From: Mobula hypostoma
Lineage: Eukaryota
DNA: 60,000 nucleotides
NCBI RefSeq assembly: GCF_963921235.1
Contig: NC_086097.1
Location: 61,444,001-61,504,000, forward strand
Reading direction: 5' to 3'
In this document: piece by piece, positions 34,999-48,440 of the stretch
Position numbering within the stretch: position 1 is the first letter of the stretch
Layout of the letters: each line of letters starts with the position of its first letter
Program-made: the position numbers and the translations under genes
The notes under the pieces: model-generated
Told to the model about the DNA's origin: nothing
What the model saw: only the letters and a program-made list of their open reading frames with translations
Database searches by the model: none

Positions 34999-36574
34999 AT
35001 TAGGACCTTAATGGTCCCATCTTAAGGAATTTGAAAAGATGCTGCATGGGGAATGGAAAAGATTTACTTTTGAAAGTGAACATATAATGTAACCTCTTTA
35101 TTAGAATTTTTGACATCATTTAGCGGAGGAGTAACTAGATCAGTTTATAAACGTACCTGAAAAATGTTATAATTCCAATTCATGAAGCTCCAGTTCATAG
35201 GACTGCGGAGGGCTGCAGTGACTAGGAGCTTTACAGATGGGATTGAAAGAATTGGAGGTAAGATGGTGGGTAATCGAGCTTTGTTTATCAGAAACAGCAT
35301 AGGATGAGTAGCAATCAGCAACATGGGAAGTGAGATAGAAACAGAAGTAAAGAAAAAGACACAGCAGACCAGGAAGTATTTATGTAATGAGATATTGAGT
35401 TAGTGTTTCCTGTCAATGACCTTCCACCCGAATGGCATTGATGGTAAGTCGTTGACCTGAAATAAAGAGAGGGTATTGACAGGAGAAGAGATGATGCAGG
35501 GGTGATTATAGGTGGTGTTACAGAGGCTGAGATGTACTCGCTTAATGATACAGTGGAAATGCTCTCTGAACCTCATAATACAATCAGATGTGAAGCCAAA
35601 GATGTAAACTGACTGACTCACTTTCAGGCAGTTGCCAGAGAGTGGGATAATTGGCCAGGGAATGGAGTTTATGATGAAGCAAAAAAACATTCCATTTTTA
35701 GTTGGAGGAAATCTCTGCTCCTCCAGTACCAGGTTTTGAAGAAACAGTCTCCAAATAAAGAAGTGAAACAAGAGTGGGAGTATTGAATTAAATATATTCC
35801 ACTAAACTATAAAATGAAATAATATAGTGCTACGAATTAATGATTATATATAATTAAAGGTGTACCTAAAGAGCAACATACATTCAAAGTATAGAATGCC
35901 AGAGGATAACTAAAACAAAAACAATCATTTTTTTATGATAAATCAGGAAGACAAAGATAAAATCTGAATTGAAGATGTCAGAGTACATAAAAATAAACAT
36001 CACATTATTGAATAGGATAATTGAGTAAAGGTTCAAATGAGAATATTACTACTACAGAAAACAAAATTAAGCTGCTTAAATGGCAGGAATGCATGTTGAA
36101 TATTTTTCATCAGTTAGGTGTAAACTCAGTAAGTTAAAAAGCAGAGAACTCCAAATCTAGATGGATTTCACCTGCTGGAATCATGGAGGAACTGTAACAG
36201 AATCTAATAACTGAAGATAAAACTTAAATGCATTGAGGAATACTGCCAGAGCACTGGCAAACGACAAATAAAATCTCAAAGCGAGAAGATCTAGTCACTG
36301 GATTTCTGTGTTAATCATCTTGATGTCAATGGGGGAAAAGAAATGGACAAATTGCTAACATATACATAAGGATGGATCATGAGGCTGAATCCTATATTGA
36401 TTAACTGGCTACAGGCTAGAGGTAAGTCCACTGCGGAGGATCCCTACTGACAGGTAAGGCATGGAAAACCCTGGTCATGAGGATTAGAGATCTCACTGCC
36501 CACACTCCGTCATTCTGAAATCTGTAGCTATTTGTGAGATAAACTGAAGGTCCTGGCCATCAATAGTAAAGATG

Positions 36575-37082
36575 ATAGAACAAAGGGATCTGGGAATACT
36601 GGTTCATAATTAATTTAAAGTGAGATTACAGGATGATAGGGTCATAATGAAAGTTTTTGGTACATTGGCCTTCATAAATCAAAGTATTGAGTACAAGTGT
36701 TGGGATGTTATGTTGAAGTTGTATAAGACATTGGTGAGGCCTAATTTTGAGTATAGTGTGCAGTTTTGGTCACCTACCTACAGGAAAGATGTAAATAAGG
36801 TTGAAAGGGTTGAAGGAAAATTTACAAGGATGTTACCAGGCCTGGAAGACCTGAGTTATCTGGAAACATTGAATAGTTTAGGACTTTATTCCACCAGCGC
36901 AAGTGTTGTATGTGAGGTCAATTTCAATGATTAAGAGAAGTTTGGAGAGTTACATGGATGATAGGGGTATGGAAGATTATGGTCCCAGTGCAGGAACCAT
37001 AGGAGTAGGTGGTTTCAATGGCACAGGATGGCTGAGATGAATCAAAGGCCTTTTCTGTGTTGTACTTTTCTGTGACTCTATG
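36575..37082 (+). mobile_element. CR1 3' fragment with an internal deletion
   Basis: LAFINQSIEYKCWDVMLKLYKTLVRPNFEYSVQFWSP, then a CR1 tail ...tgtgactctatg. Confidence 0.85.
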
Positions 37083-38059
37083 GCTGAAATATCTGGCTCC
37101 AACAAGACAGACCAACACATGTCCTTGAGATTGACATGTGGTCATCTGTGGTCTGTATTTTTTAGTAGGTACTGTAATTCTTTAAAGCCTTTGGCCATCA
37201 TCAGAATGGACTAAAGCCTCTGGGTAGACGGAAAGCTCAAGCCACTATAAGGAGCAATGTGGGAAGAACGTCACCATTGGGAGATCGGCAGCAACATCAG
37301 GTAATCTTCATGTGAAGTCAAGAGGAGCACTCCATTCTCATTTGGTCCAAAACAAAATCCCAAAATAAGACTGTATAACAAACATTGCTTTTTACACTGT
37401 ACCCCAGCACTCAGATAACAATATTTCCATGGAGTTAATGCACCTGTCTAGGATTCAGGTATTTCAGTCTACTGTAACATACTTAGAATCATTACCACAA
37501 TTGCAAATACCTTTTGCACATTTCACATACTCATGACAGGCAGATTATAGACACATATAGGAACATGCTAATTCTTGACCCAGGGTCACCCTGACCTGAC
37601 CGGAGTACCAGACAAGGTGGGGAGGGGGTCCTGCAAACTTGGCACGTTGATTAGAGTGTGTTAATATTCTTGAAAGCTCAGAGGTTATCAGTAATGATAA
37701 GGTAACCTTTGTTCTCAAATCCCATTTCCCCCTAATCTTGTCAATCTGCAGTAGGTCAAGTAAAATCAGCAGAAAGAGAAGCATTTCAAACTGATGGCTT
37801 ATCCAGATTTGCCATTTGACATTTCGTGGTACTTAAAGCTCATCCTTCATACAGGGAAAGAGGGCCAATATTAGTACTGGTATTTTAATTGTTTTTTTAT
37901 TGTCACATGTACCACATATGCAAAGCTTGTCCTATATACTGTTATACCAATCGAATTATTACACAGTGAATTGAGCTAGCATTAGGTAAACTAATAACAA
38001 TGCAAAACGAAATATGAAAGCTACCAAGAGGGCAGTGCAGCTAAATTTTATTTACTTAT

Positions 38060-38942
38060 TGAGAGACAATGCAGAGTAGGCCCTTCCAGACCTTCAAACT
38101 GCGCCACCCAGCAACCCCGATTTAACTGTAGTCTACCCATGGGACAATTTACAGTGACCAATTAACCTACTAACTGGAATGCCTTTGGACTGTGGCAGGA
38201 AACTGGAGCACCGGGAGAAAACCCATGTGTCCCTGGGGGGAAACTCCTTAGAGACAGTGGTGGGAATTAAACCTGGGTAAATTGTACTGGTACCGAGTAT
38301 CTATGCTCTGTCTGCTAGAAAAAGCAAGATCTCCTAGTAGCCACCCATTTCAGTTCTATTTCACATTACCATTTTGACATGTTAGTCCATGGCCTTCTCT
38401 ACTGTCATGATGAGGCTACACTCAGGTTGGAAGAGCAACACTTTATATTCCATCTGGATAGCTTCCAACTTGATGGTATGAACTTCAATTTCTCGAACTT
38501 CTAGTAATTGCTCTCCCCCTCCTTCACCATTTCCCATTCCTGTTTCCTTCTCTTACTATATCTCCTTACCCACTCATTACCTCCCACTGGTTCTCCTCCC
38601 CACTCCGTTTCTTCCATGCATTTTTACCCTCTCCTATCAGATTCCCCTTCCTCCAGCCCTTTATCTCTTTCACCAATCAACTTCCCAGCTGCGTACATCA
38701 CCTCCTCCCCCACTTCCAGTTTCACCTATCACCTACCACCTTATACTTTTTTCTACACTTCCCCCACCACCTTACTCTGACCTCTCATTATCTTTTTCCA
38801 GTCCTGAAGATGGGCCTTGGCCGGAAAGTTCATCTATTTTTTCTATAGATGCTGCCTGGCCTGCTGAGTTCCTCCAGCAATTTGTGTGTGTTGCACCGGT
38901 ACTTTAAAGTGTTGTGCTAACTACTATGCTACCGTGCTGCCT
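38060..38942 (-). mobile_element. V-SINE interrupted by a Penelope fragment
   Basis: The reverse V-domain (ggaaactggagcaccgggagaaaaccca) is at 38200-38230. The tRNA head is split, with gggaattaaacctgggt at about 38262-38278 and gtgttgtgctaactactatgctaccgtgctgcc at about 38909-38941. Confidence 0.8.
38294..38890 (+). mobile_element. Penelope-like 3' fragment (GIY-YIG C-terminus plus pLTR with a hammerhead relic at about 38799-38831)
   Basis: ccatggccttctctactgtcatgatgaggctacactcaggttggaagagcaacac is homologous to about 3255-3310. CAGTC-CTGAAGA-tgggccttggccg-GAAA is present, and the flanks ttgtactggtac/ttgcaccggtac form an imperfect direct repeat. Confidence 0.85.
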
Positions 38943-41900
38943 CTTAACTTCAACACTGTTGATGTAGACAGGAATATGTGACTCAACCATATGCCATATT
39001 TGCTGCTGCCTCTGGTTCCATTCTAGATCAGGCAAAAGCTTCTGTCTCTTGAGAAGGAACCTGAGAATTCTGCCATGCAATCTCAGACTACTGTCTTGCC
39101 TGTGGATATCAATAGTCAATAAAGCTGGACAATGAATTAATTGCATTCTGTGCTTGTGATTAACCTTCCTAGGAACGTACAGCCAATTTCAAGGGAGTGA
39201 ACACCCATTTATCACAATAGTAACAGAGCAAACAAAGGTATGCAGAAGGCAGTTTAAAAAAAAAAGCAGGGCTTGTCAGGACTTGTCTGTGGAGCGGGAG
39301 ATCACGGAGTGATTTGGAAACAGTTCATTTTATGTGCCAATTTTGAAAAGCGATTGGGGTCTTTTGGGACTTATCTATGGAGTGGGAGATTGCTTGGGTT
39401 ATTAGTAACTTAGCAAAGGCCAAGAAAATGGAGTGGCTATTGTTGGAGTGGACCAGAGTTTGAGTGGGAGGCTTTGGCTCAATAAGCTTCTGCAAGAACA
39501 GGTGCAGGTTAAGTGGACTGAGCCATTTGGAATCATTTTTTTTTTGTTTATACAACTTCGCTGAAAAGTTAGAGCCAAAGGTATAACAAACTTGATGGGA
39601 AGAGGTAAGCAACCTAGGTGAGTGCAAAACTCAGTTTCCAGAGAGAAGCCGCAGGTAAGAACAGGTATGATTTTTATTGTTGTTTGTTAAATCTTAGTCA
39701 GTAACTTAGAGTAGGAAGTGGAATACTTCTCTTGTAAGATGGACGATATCAGGGTACCTCTCAGTCTCCCTGATAACTACATCTGTGGGAAGTTTACCCG
39801 GCTTCAACTCCTGGCCAGGTCAAGGAACTGGAGTTGGAGTTGGATATACTCAGGCCCATGCAACAGGCTAAAATTCTCTTAGATGAAGCTATTACTGAAG
39901 TGGGTGCACCCAGAGTGCAGGCTGCAGATGGATGACCACCAGGAGAAGTAAGACGTGTAAGCAGACTGCGCAGGGTTCCTCTGTGGCCATTCTCCTCAGC
40001 GACAATTATACCACTTTGGATACTGCTGGGGGTGGGGGAGGGGGAGATGTATGATCTATCGGGGCACAGGCCAGCTCTGAGGCTCAGCAGTGAAGAATAA
40101 AGTCAGGCAGAGTAATAGAGATAGGAGACTTGATAGTTAGGGGGACGAACAGAAGATTCTGTGGCAATGAAAGAGAAGCCAGAATGGTGTATTGCCTCCC
40201 AGATGCCATGGTTCAGGATGTCTCAGTTCCACTACTGAATATTCTCAAGGGGAAGAGTGAGCAGCGAGAGATCGTGGTGCACATTGGCACCAATGACATG
40301 GGTAGAAGGGGGTAAGAGGTGATGTGAAAGGAGTTTGGAAAGATGCTCGACCTCCAAGGTAGTAATCTCTAGCTTACTCCCAGTGCCACGTGCTAGTCAG
40401 CGCAGGAATTGGATGATAATACAGATAAGTGAGTGGCGGAGGAACTGGTGCAGGGGGCAGTGTTTCAAATTTTGAATCATTGGAATTTCTTCTGGGACAG
40501 GGATAACCTATATAATAGGGACAGATTGCACTTAAACTGAAGGGGAGTGTATTTCCAGGCCAGGAGGTTTGCTGGTGTTACTTGGGAGGGGTGAAACTAG
40601 TTTGGCAGAGGGATGGGAACCAGAGTATCAGGTCAGGAAGTGTGAAAATAGAGAGGAAGTTAGATGTAATGGCCAGTAAAAAATAAGTGGGAGCAAAGTA
40701 ATAGATATGATTGGATGGATAGTTTGAAGGTTGTGTATTTTAATTATTGGAATATTATGGGTAAAGGTGTTGAACTTACAGCATTGATCAGTGCATGGAA
40801 CCATGATGTTGTGACCATTACAGAGACTTCATTGAGAGAGGGACAGGAATGGGTATTTAATGTCCCAAGGTTTTAATATTTAAAAAAAAAGATAGGGAGG
40901 AAAGAAGGGAGGAGGGGTTTGCACTACTAATCAAAGACTACATCACAGCTGCACTCACAGGAGACCTAATTAAGGGATCGTCCACTGAGTCTATATGGTA
41001 GAACCCAAAAAATAAGAAGGGTGCAATCATTCTGATGGGATTGTAGGCAGACGTCCCAACTACCATTGGGATATTGAGTAACAGATATGGAGGCAAATTA
41101 AAGAAATGTGTAAAAACAATAGTGTAGTTACCATGGGGGACTTCCTTGATATAAAATGTCCTAGTGCAAGAGGTTTAGATGGGGTAAAATTTATTAGGTA
41201 CATCCAGGAGGGTTTCTTAAATTAAAATGAAGATAGTCTAACAAGTGGAGGGACTATATTGGACCTGGTGACTGGTAATGAGCCTGGTCAGGTCACTGAC
41301 CTTTCAGTGCGCGAACAGTTAGGGAGCAGTGAGCACAACTCCTTACGTTTTAAGGGTTATAGATAAGGATAAGGATGAGCCTAGTGAGAGAGTATTAAAT
41401 TGAAGCAGGACAAATTACATGAGCATTAGAAGGGAACTAAGGAGGGTTAATTGGGAACAGCTGTTTTTGAACAAATCCACATCCAACATGGGGAGGGTGT
41501 ATAATGACCCTGCACAGATCACAGGACAGGTATGTTCCAGTGAGAAGGAAGGACAAAGACGACAAGGTAAGAAAAAACTTGCATGTTGAGAGGTGATGAA
41601 ATTAGTCAAGAAGAAAAAGGCAAGATATGAAAACTGGAGCAACCAATACCCTGGTCGGGAGGTTGTTGGCAAGTAGGATTAAAGGGATTCCCAAGGCATT
41701 CTATCCATACATCAGGAGCAAGAGGATAATTGGGCCGTTCAAGCATAAAGATGGGATGAGGTCCAAACAGAGTACATCAGTATTTATCAAGGAGAAGGAC
41801 GAGGAGGTTAGGGAGATTATTGTTGGGGTATTAAAATGCCAGGGGATTTCCAGATAAAGGAGGAAGTAATGTTGGGTCTGTTAAAGAGAATTAAGGTGAA

Positions 41901-42139
41901 TAAGTCATCAGGGCCTGATAGGATATATCCCAGGATACTGAGAGAGGCAAGAGAAGAGGTTGTTGGGACCTTGATCAGTATATTCATGTCCTATCTAGCC
42001 ACAGGCTAGGTCCTGGAGGACTGGCGAGTAGCTTATATTATTCCTTTATCCAAGGATAATCCTGGAAACTATAGACTGGTGAATTTCACATTAATGGTAA
42101 GGAAGGTACTGCAGAGAATTTTTATGGATAGGATTTATT

Positions 42140-42362
42140 TATTTTGTCCACTGAGATACAGAGTGGAAAATGTCCTTCTGGCCCTTTGAGCTGCTCCTCC
42201 CAACAATCCCCGATTTGACCCGAGCCTAATCATGGGGCAATTTACAGTCACAGATAAAATTACTAATTGGTACATCTTTGGACTGTGGATGGAAATTGGA
42301 GCACCCGGAGGAAATCCATGCAGTCATGGGGAGAACATAAACAACTTCACAGACAGCAGTGG
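42140..42362 (-). mobile_element. V-SINE fragment nested in CR1 ORF2
   Basis: Reverse V-domain ctttggactgtggatggaaattggagcacccggaggaaatccatgcagtcatggggagaac. Confidence 0.8.
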
Positions 42363-42419
42363 AAGTATTTGGTAAACCATGGCCTTACTAGGGAGAGCCA
42401 GCATGGCTTTCTGCAGAGC

Positions 42420-44892
42420 ATAGAGTCATAGAAAAGTACAACACAGGAACAGGCCCTTTGGCTCATCTAGTTGATGCCAAAACCATTTAAACTGCCTACT
42501 CCAATTGACCTCCACCAGGACCAGTGCCCTCTATAACCTTACTATTCATGTACCAATCCAAACTTCTCTTAAGCATTGAAATTGAGCTCGCATGCATCAC
42601 TTATGCTGGAAGCTCTTTACAAACTCTCACGACCCTCTGAGTAAAGATGTTTTCCCTCATGTTCCCCTCAAACTTCTCACCTTTCACCTTTGACCTGTGA
42701 TCTCTTGTAGTCAATTGGATTAGAAGACCTCAGTAGAAAAAGACTGCTTGTACTTAACCTATCTATACCCCACATAATTTTGTATAATATCCCCTCAATC
42801 TTCTGTGTTCTAAAGAATACAGTCCTAATCTATTCAACCTTTCCTTATAACTCAGGTCTTCCATACCCGACAACATTCTTGTAAATTTTCTCTGTACTGC
42901 TTCAAGCTTGTTTACATCTTTCCAGTAGGTAGGTGACCAAGCGTGCACACAATACTCCAAATTAGGCCTCACCAATGTCTTTTACAACTTCAACATAACA
43001 TCCCTTCTCCTGTAGTCAATACATTGATTTATGAAGGCCAATGTACCAAAGCTTCTTTAATGACTCTATCTACCTGTGATGCAACTTCCAAGGAATTATG
43101 GACTTTATTTCCAGATCACGTTGTTCTACCACACTCTTCAGTGCCTTACAGTGTAAGACTTGTGTAAGATCTACCCTGGTTAGTCCTATTAAAGTGCCAT
43201 CTCACTCTTGTCTGCTTTAAATTCCCTCTGACATTTTAACCTTCCTCATTGTCTACTGCACCCCCAGTCTTGGTGTCATCCACAAATTTACTGAACCAGT
43301 TAACCACATTATCATCCAGATCATTGATATAGATGACAGATAGCTAAGGATCCAGCACCAATTCCTGCGGCACACCACTGGTCACAGGCCTCCAGTCAAA
43401 GAGGCAACCTTCTACTACCACTCTCTGGTTTCTCCCACAAAGCCAGTGTCTATTCCAATTTGCTACATAATCCTGAATACTAAGCGACTGAATCTTCTTG
43501 ACAGGCCTCCCATGTGGGACTTTGTCAAATGTCTTACTTAAGTCCTAGTAGACAACATCCACTGCCTTGCCTTCATCCACTTTCCAGGTAACTTCCTCAA
43601 AAAACTATAATATTGGCTAGACATAACCTACCATGCACAAAGCCATGCTGACTATCCTTAATCAGTCCATGTCTATGCAAGTACTTATATATCCAGTCCC
43701 TTAGAATATCTTCCAATAACTGTCCCAAAATTGATGTCAGAATCACTGGTCTATAATTTCCTGGTTCACGTTTAGAGCTTTTTTTTAAACAGCAGAACAA
43801 CATTGGCTATCCTCCAATCATCTGGTACCTCTCCTGTCGCTGAGGATGATTTAAATATCTCATCTAGGATCCTGGCAATTTCTGCACCTACCTCCAGTAG
43901 GGTCTGAGGGAACACCTTGTCAGGCTCTAGGAATTTATCCATCCTGATTTGCCTCAGGGTAACAAACACCTCCTCCTCTTATGTGTACAGGATCCATGAA
44001 GTTGGTGGCACTTTGTCCCTCTTCTGTAGACTGTGCGTCTATCTCCTGAGTAAATACAGATGCAAAGAATTCATTTAAGTTCTCCCACATCTGTTTTGGC
44101 TCCACACATGGATTACCATTCTGCATATCCAGAGGACCAGTTTTGTCTCTTGCAATCCTTTTGCTTTTAACATATCTGTAGAATCCCTTAGGATTCTCCT
44201 TCAATTTGTCTGCTAGAGCACTATCATACCTTCTTTTAGCCTTCCTGTTTTCTTTCCTAAATGTCCTCTTGCATTTCTTATACTCCATAAACACCTCATT
44301 TGTGCCTACTTGCCTGTACCTGCTATGGACCTCCTCTTTTCTCTTAACCAGCACCTCAATATCTCTTGAAAGCTAAGGCTCCACACATATGTTATCTTTA
44401 CCTTTTATTCAGACGAGCACATGCAAGCTTTGCCCTCTCGAAATTTCACTTTTGAAGGCCTTCCATTTACCAAGTACACCTTTGCAGAAAACAGCCTGCC
44501 CAATCCACACTTGCCAGATCATTTCTGATACCATAAACTTCTCCAATTTAGAATCTCAACTCATGGGGTAGACCTATCATTTTGCATAGTTATTTTGAAA
44601 CTATTGGCATTGTGGTCACCGGATGCGAAGTGTTCCCCGACGCAAACTTTTGTCACCAGCCTTGTCTCATTACCAAATAGCAGATCCAGTATCACATGCC
44701 CTCTAATTGGGACTTCTATGTACTTTTGAAGGAAACTTTCCTGAACACATTTGACAAACTCTATCCCCCCTAGTCCTTTTACAGTATGGGAGTCCCAGTC
44801 AATGTGTGGAAAGTTCAAATCACCTACTCTAACAACCTTATGTTTCTTGCAACAGTCTGCCATCTCTTTACAAACTTGTACCTCTAAACCCC
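42420..44892 (-). mobile_element. CR1 LINE inserted antisense in the RT region of the 39.2-45.4 kb CR1
   Basis: Minus-strand ORFs GDLNFPHIDW...LDLL..GDHN, KENPKGFYRYVKSKR, GNYRPVILTS...QHGF and VRPNLEYC. The tail (tagagtcataga) is at 42420. Confidence 0.9.
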
Positions 44893-45889
44893 TAGGTATG
44901 TCTTATTAATGATTGAGTTTTCTGGCAAGGTGCCAAGAGTGATTGATGAAGGTAGAGCTGTGGATGTTGTCTACATGGATTTTAGTAAGGCACTTGAAAA
45001 GGTCCCTCATGAGGTGGGGTGACTCATCCAGATGAATAAGATGCCTGGAATCCACAGTGAATTGGCCTTTTGGATACAGAACAGGCTTGCCCATAGAAGA
45101 TAGAATTTAGTGTTTGAAGAGACTTATTCTAGTTGGATGTCTGTGATTAATGGTGTCCCCAGGGATTTGTATTGAGACCTCTGCACATTGTGATGTATAT
45201 AAAAATGACGGGGATGAAAGTATAGATGGTGGGTTAGTACATTTGCAGATGATACAAATATTGGTGGTGTTGTGGATAGCATACAAAATTGGTAAAGAAT
45301 ACAGCAGGATATAGATTAGTTGCAGATTTGGGAAGAGAAATGGCAAATGGAGTTTAACCTAGACAAAGGTGAAGTGCTGAACCTTTGGTAGGTCAAATGT
45401 GGTTTTGGACCTGATTGGATATAAGCAACTTAGTGTGATGACTTGCATGGTTTGTGGAAAGATAACGTAGAGATAATTGTTATTTTGGACGACAATGTGG
45501 AATTTCTTATTATTCTCTATTATTCATGAGTTGTAGGTTCTGATGCAAGATCAACATTTATTGTTCATTCTAAATCTTCACCAATAGTGAAGAGGAGCTG
45601 CCTCCCTGGATCAACTGCATTATTTTGATGTGGAAAATTCTACATTATGCTATGAGGGAATCTTATCATAGCAATAAGGATGAATAATGAAAGTATATTT
45701 TTAGGTGATGTGATGTGTGAGTTAAAGTCAGTTTCAAAAGTGTCAAATTACCTAACCAATGATTTCTTTGACTTTCTAGACAGCGGAATATGTGATGGGC
45801 AGGAGCTTTGTCAAAATGTAGCCATTGTTATTAGTGAGTGGTATTCACTGTAGGCGTCCCAATAATGGAAAATCAAAAAGTACAGAAAC

Positions 45890-46272
45890 CCAAAATAAAA
45901 CAGAAAATGCTGAAAAACACTCAGCAGGTCAGGCAGCATTTGCAGGTAGGAGATCTTTCATCAGTACTGAGGGAACAAAAAAAACAAGCAGAGAGGCAAG
46001 GACTGATAAGATAAATAAAAGGTCTTGTTAGATAGTGAAGTGCATGTCAGAGTTGTTTTTGAACCTGAAACCAAGAGGAAAATGCTGGCCACTTCTCCAT
46101 CTTCATAGGATTACAGGTCCAATTGTTGTCTTCTCAGTTTCTAATCTCGCTCTTTAATTTGTCAACCAACAAACATCTCCACAGTCTCTGGTCTCTTCCA
46201 TTTGGAAATTGCCCCTTCATCCATCCATCCATCCTTATGGACCTGCTGATTATTTCCAGTATTTTTTATTTA
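45890..46272. mobile_element. Old Penelope-derived fragment with inverted termini
   Basis: aaataaaacagaaaatgctgaaaaacactcagcaggtc (about 45893) is inverted relative to gacctgctgattatttccagtattttttattt (about 46240-46271). CTGATGA is on the minus strand at about 45958-45965. Confidence 0.5.
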
Positions 46273-46439
46273 TCTTGCAATGGAATATTTCAAACACCTG
46301 GAAAATGAGTTTCACCCCTTGTTTAGTATACACATTTGCCAAATTAGGGCTACCTGAAGAAACTTGAAAATCAATCATAGAGATATTTGAGACAGCTTTT
46401 TGGTTTAAATCCAGACCAAAATAATGCACTAACTAGGAG

Positions 46440-46590
46440 ACTTCAGCTGCCTAACAGCTCCGTGCTTGATCCTGACCTCAAGTGGTATCTTTACAGATTT
46501 CTTTAGGGTGCTCCAGTTGATCCCACATCCTAATTTTTATAGGTGTGTTGGAAAATTAATTGGCAGCTGAAAATTATCCTTTCGTGTCAT
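46440..46590 (+). mobile_element. Degenerate V-SINE
   Basis: gcttgatcctgacct...gggtgctccagtt..tcccacatcc...ttaattggcagctgaaaatt. Confidence 0.5.
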
Positions 46591-47739
46591 TGCCAAGTAA
46601 TTAAGGACATGTGTGATTCTTAGTGATACCAGGCTCGCTTCGATGTAGCTTGGGAAAGTTTGTTCCTAAACAGTCTGAGAGGAGCATCAGCCATTATACA
46701 CACACTCCCCATAGTTTTCAGACATAAGTCACACATACCATGAGGAATAAAATCTTGGGTTCACTCAGAAAAATGTGGAAGTCCTATTTGAAGAGATATA
46801 TGTCTAAAGGGATATCCTATGCTGTCCCAGAGACTTGCCAGGCTACCATAAGAAGGTTTGGTCAGAGGTGGCTTCACCTGTCTCTATAGGTGTGAGAATC
46901 TCTATTCAATGGACAAATGCAATACTAGGCCTAATGTCTTCACCAGAAAAGCCATGGTGAATATTTAACCAGTAATCAACATTTCACAAATGTTTTGATG
47001 GATAAATGGCACATTAAATATTAACTATTAACCATTAACTATTAATTAAAATGCATTGTCTGGACTTTTGAAGCAGCCGATAATTAGTTCTGATGATGCC
47101 TAGTCCAATTTCCAGGTGTCAAATAAATAACAAGAAAAGCAATAAACTAGCCCTAGGTACTCCAAATGCGATGGATATTCTTCCACAATGGCTGGAGCTT
47201 GAAGATTTAAGCTCCAATTTATGTTGGCATGGATAAAAATGAGTGCTACAGTAATGGTGAAGTAATTGGGTGCACATCTGACACTGGGAAAAGAACAGGT
47301 TTGTTGCCACGGATCCTGACTGAAAGTATCTGCTCCAATTTTGTGACTGACATGACCACGCATGCTACCATGAGTTATTCCTTATAAAAATAAAACTGGA
47401 TCAATAGTTTTGATTTGTATATGCACTTCAATCCATTTTCTAGCCAGCGAGGTAGCAATGCATTGAGCTGCTTGGTCCCGAATGAGATAGGTTATTGAAT
47501 GTCCTTGAAGCTGTAGATAACTCTTTTCACTGCCAAAACCTGTGCTTTTAGATGGTGCAATGTTCAAGTCCTGTGGCATGCTCCTGTAACAATTAATGCT
47601 TGAACAGGTGATATCTTGGTTAATATTAATTCTAAGGATGTTGCTGCTGGGAGAATGGAAATTGTTTGTAAACATAGAATGGAGAGAGTTCTACTTGATG
47701 GAAATAGTCTTTTGCACTATTTATTTAGAACGTAGAAAA

Positions 47740-47897
47740 CCCTCCCTACACCCTCCCTTCTATCCTCTCTTCTGTCCTCCCTTCCGTCCTCCCCCTCCCC
47801 TCTCCCCTCTCCCCCTTCCCCCTCCCCTCTCCACCTTCCCTCCTCCCCCCCTTCATCTCTCTCTTCCTCCCTCCCTCCCTTCTTACTTTCTTTCCAT
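47740..47897. repeat. Polypyrimidine (CT/CCT-rich) low-complexity tract
   Basis: About 150 nt of almost exclusively C/T, followed by a Rex1-like 3' tail (...gataataaacctgattctg at about 47965-47985). Confidence 0.85.
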
Positions 47898-48309
47898 TTA
47901 GTTATAGTTTATGTCTTGCACTGTACTGCAGCCATGGAGCGACACATTTCATAACATATGTCAGTGATAATAAACCTGATTCTGGCCCTTGCCAACACTG
48001 GTTTGGTACTTATTAACTTGCCAATTATCGGTCCAAGTTTGGATGGTGACAGGGCCTAGCTGTATTTGGACATAGATTGGCTGTTTAAGTAAGCCTTCAT
48101 TCAACTGAATGGGTTGCAAATAGGAACATCAGTGATGTAGGGAATGCTCTAACATGTTAAGAGGGAAACCTGTTTTAATCCTGCAAGCGACCTATTCTCC
48201 TTCTCTTACCACATTCTCCAACTGTGCCACAGAAAAGGCTGTAATTTCATTAGATTTGTGGAGTCATAGATCAGTATAGCACAAAAATGGGCCACATGAT
48301 CTCGATGGA

Positions 48310-48440
48310 GACACAAGAATTTGCAGATGCTAGAAATCCGGCACAACACACAAAGGAGCTGTAAAAACTTAATGGGTCAGGCAGCATCAATGGAGGGAAA
48401 TGAACAATTGATGTTTCAGGTCAAGACCCCAATCCAGATA
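48310..48440 (-). mobile_element. Short Penelope pLTR 3' fragment
   Basis: tgcagatgctagaaatcc...gtcaggcagcatcaatgga...gatgtttcaggtcaagaccc is reverse-homologous to 3635-3755. Confidence 0.7.

Larger units (their letters stand above)
39250..45400 (+). mobile_element. Long CR1 LINE (5'UTR, ORF1 with SGNH esterase, ORF2 EN/RT), decayed and interrupted by nested insertions
   Basis: The ORF1 esterase reads IVRGTNRRFCG...VYCLPDA...IVVHIGTND at 40130-40315. ORF2 starts at about 40730, breaks after SQHGF (42419) and resumes at about 44895 with VDVVYMDFSKA, VP.G and FADDT. Confidence 0.85.
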
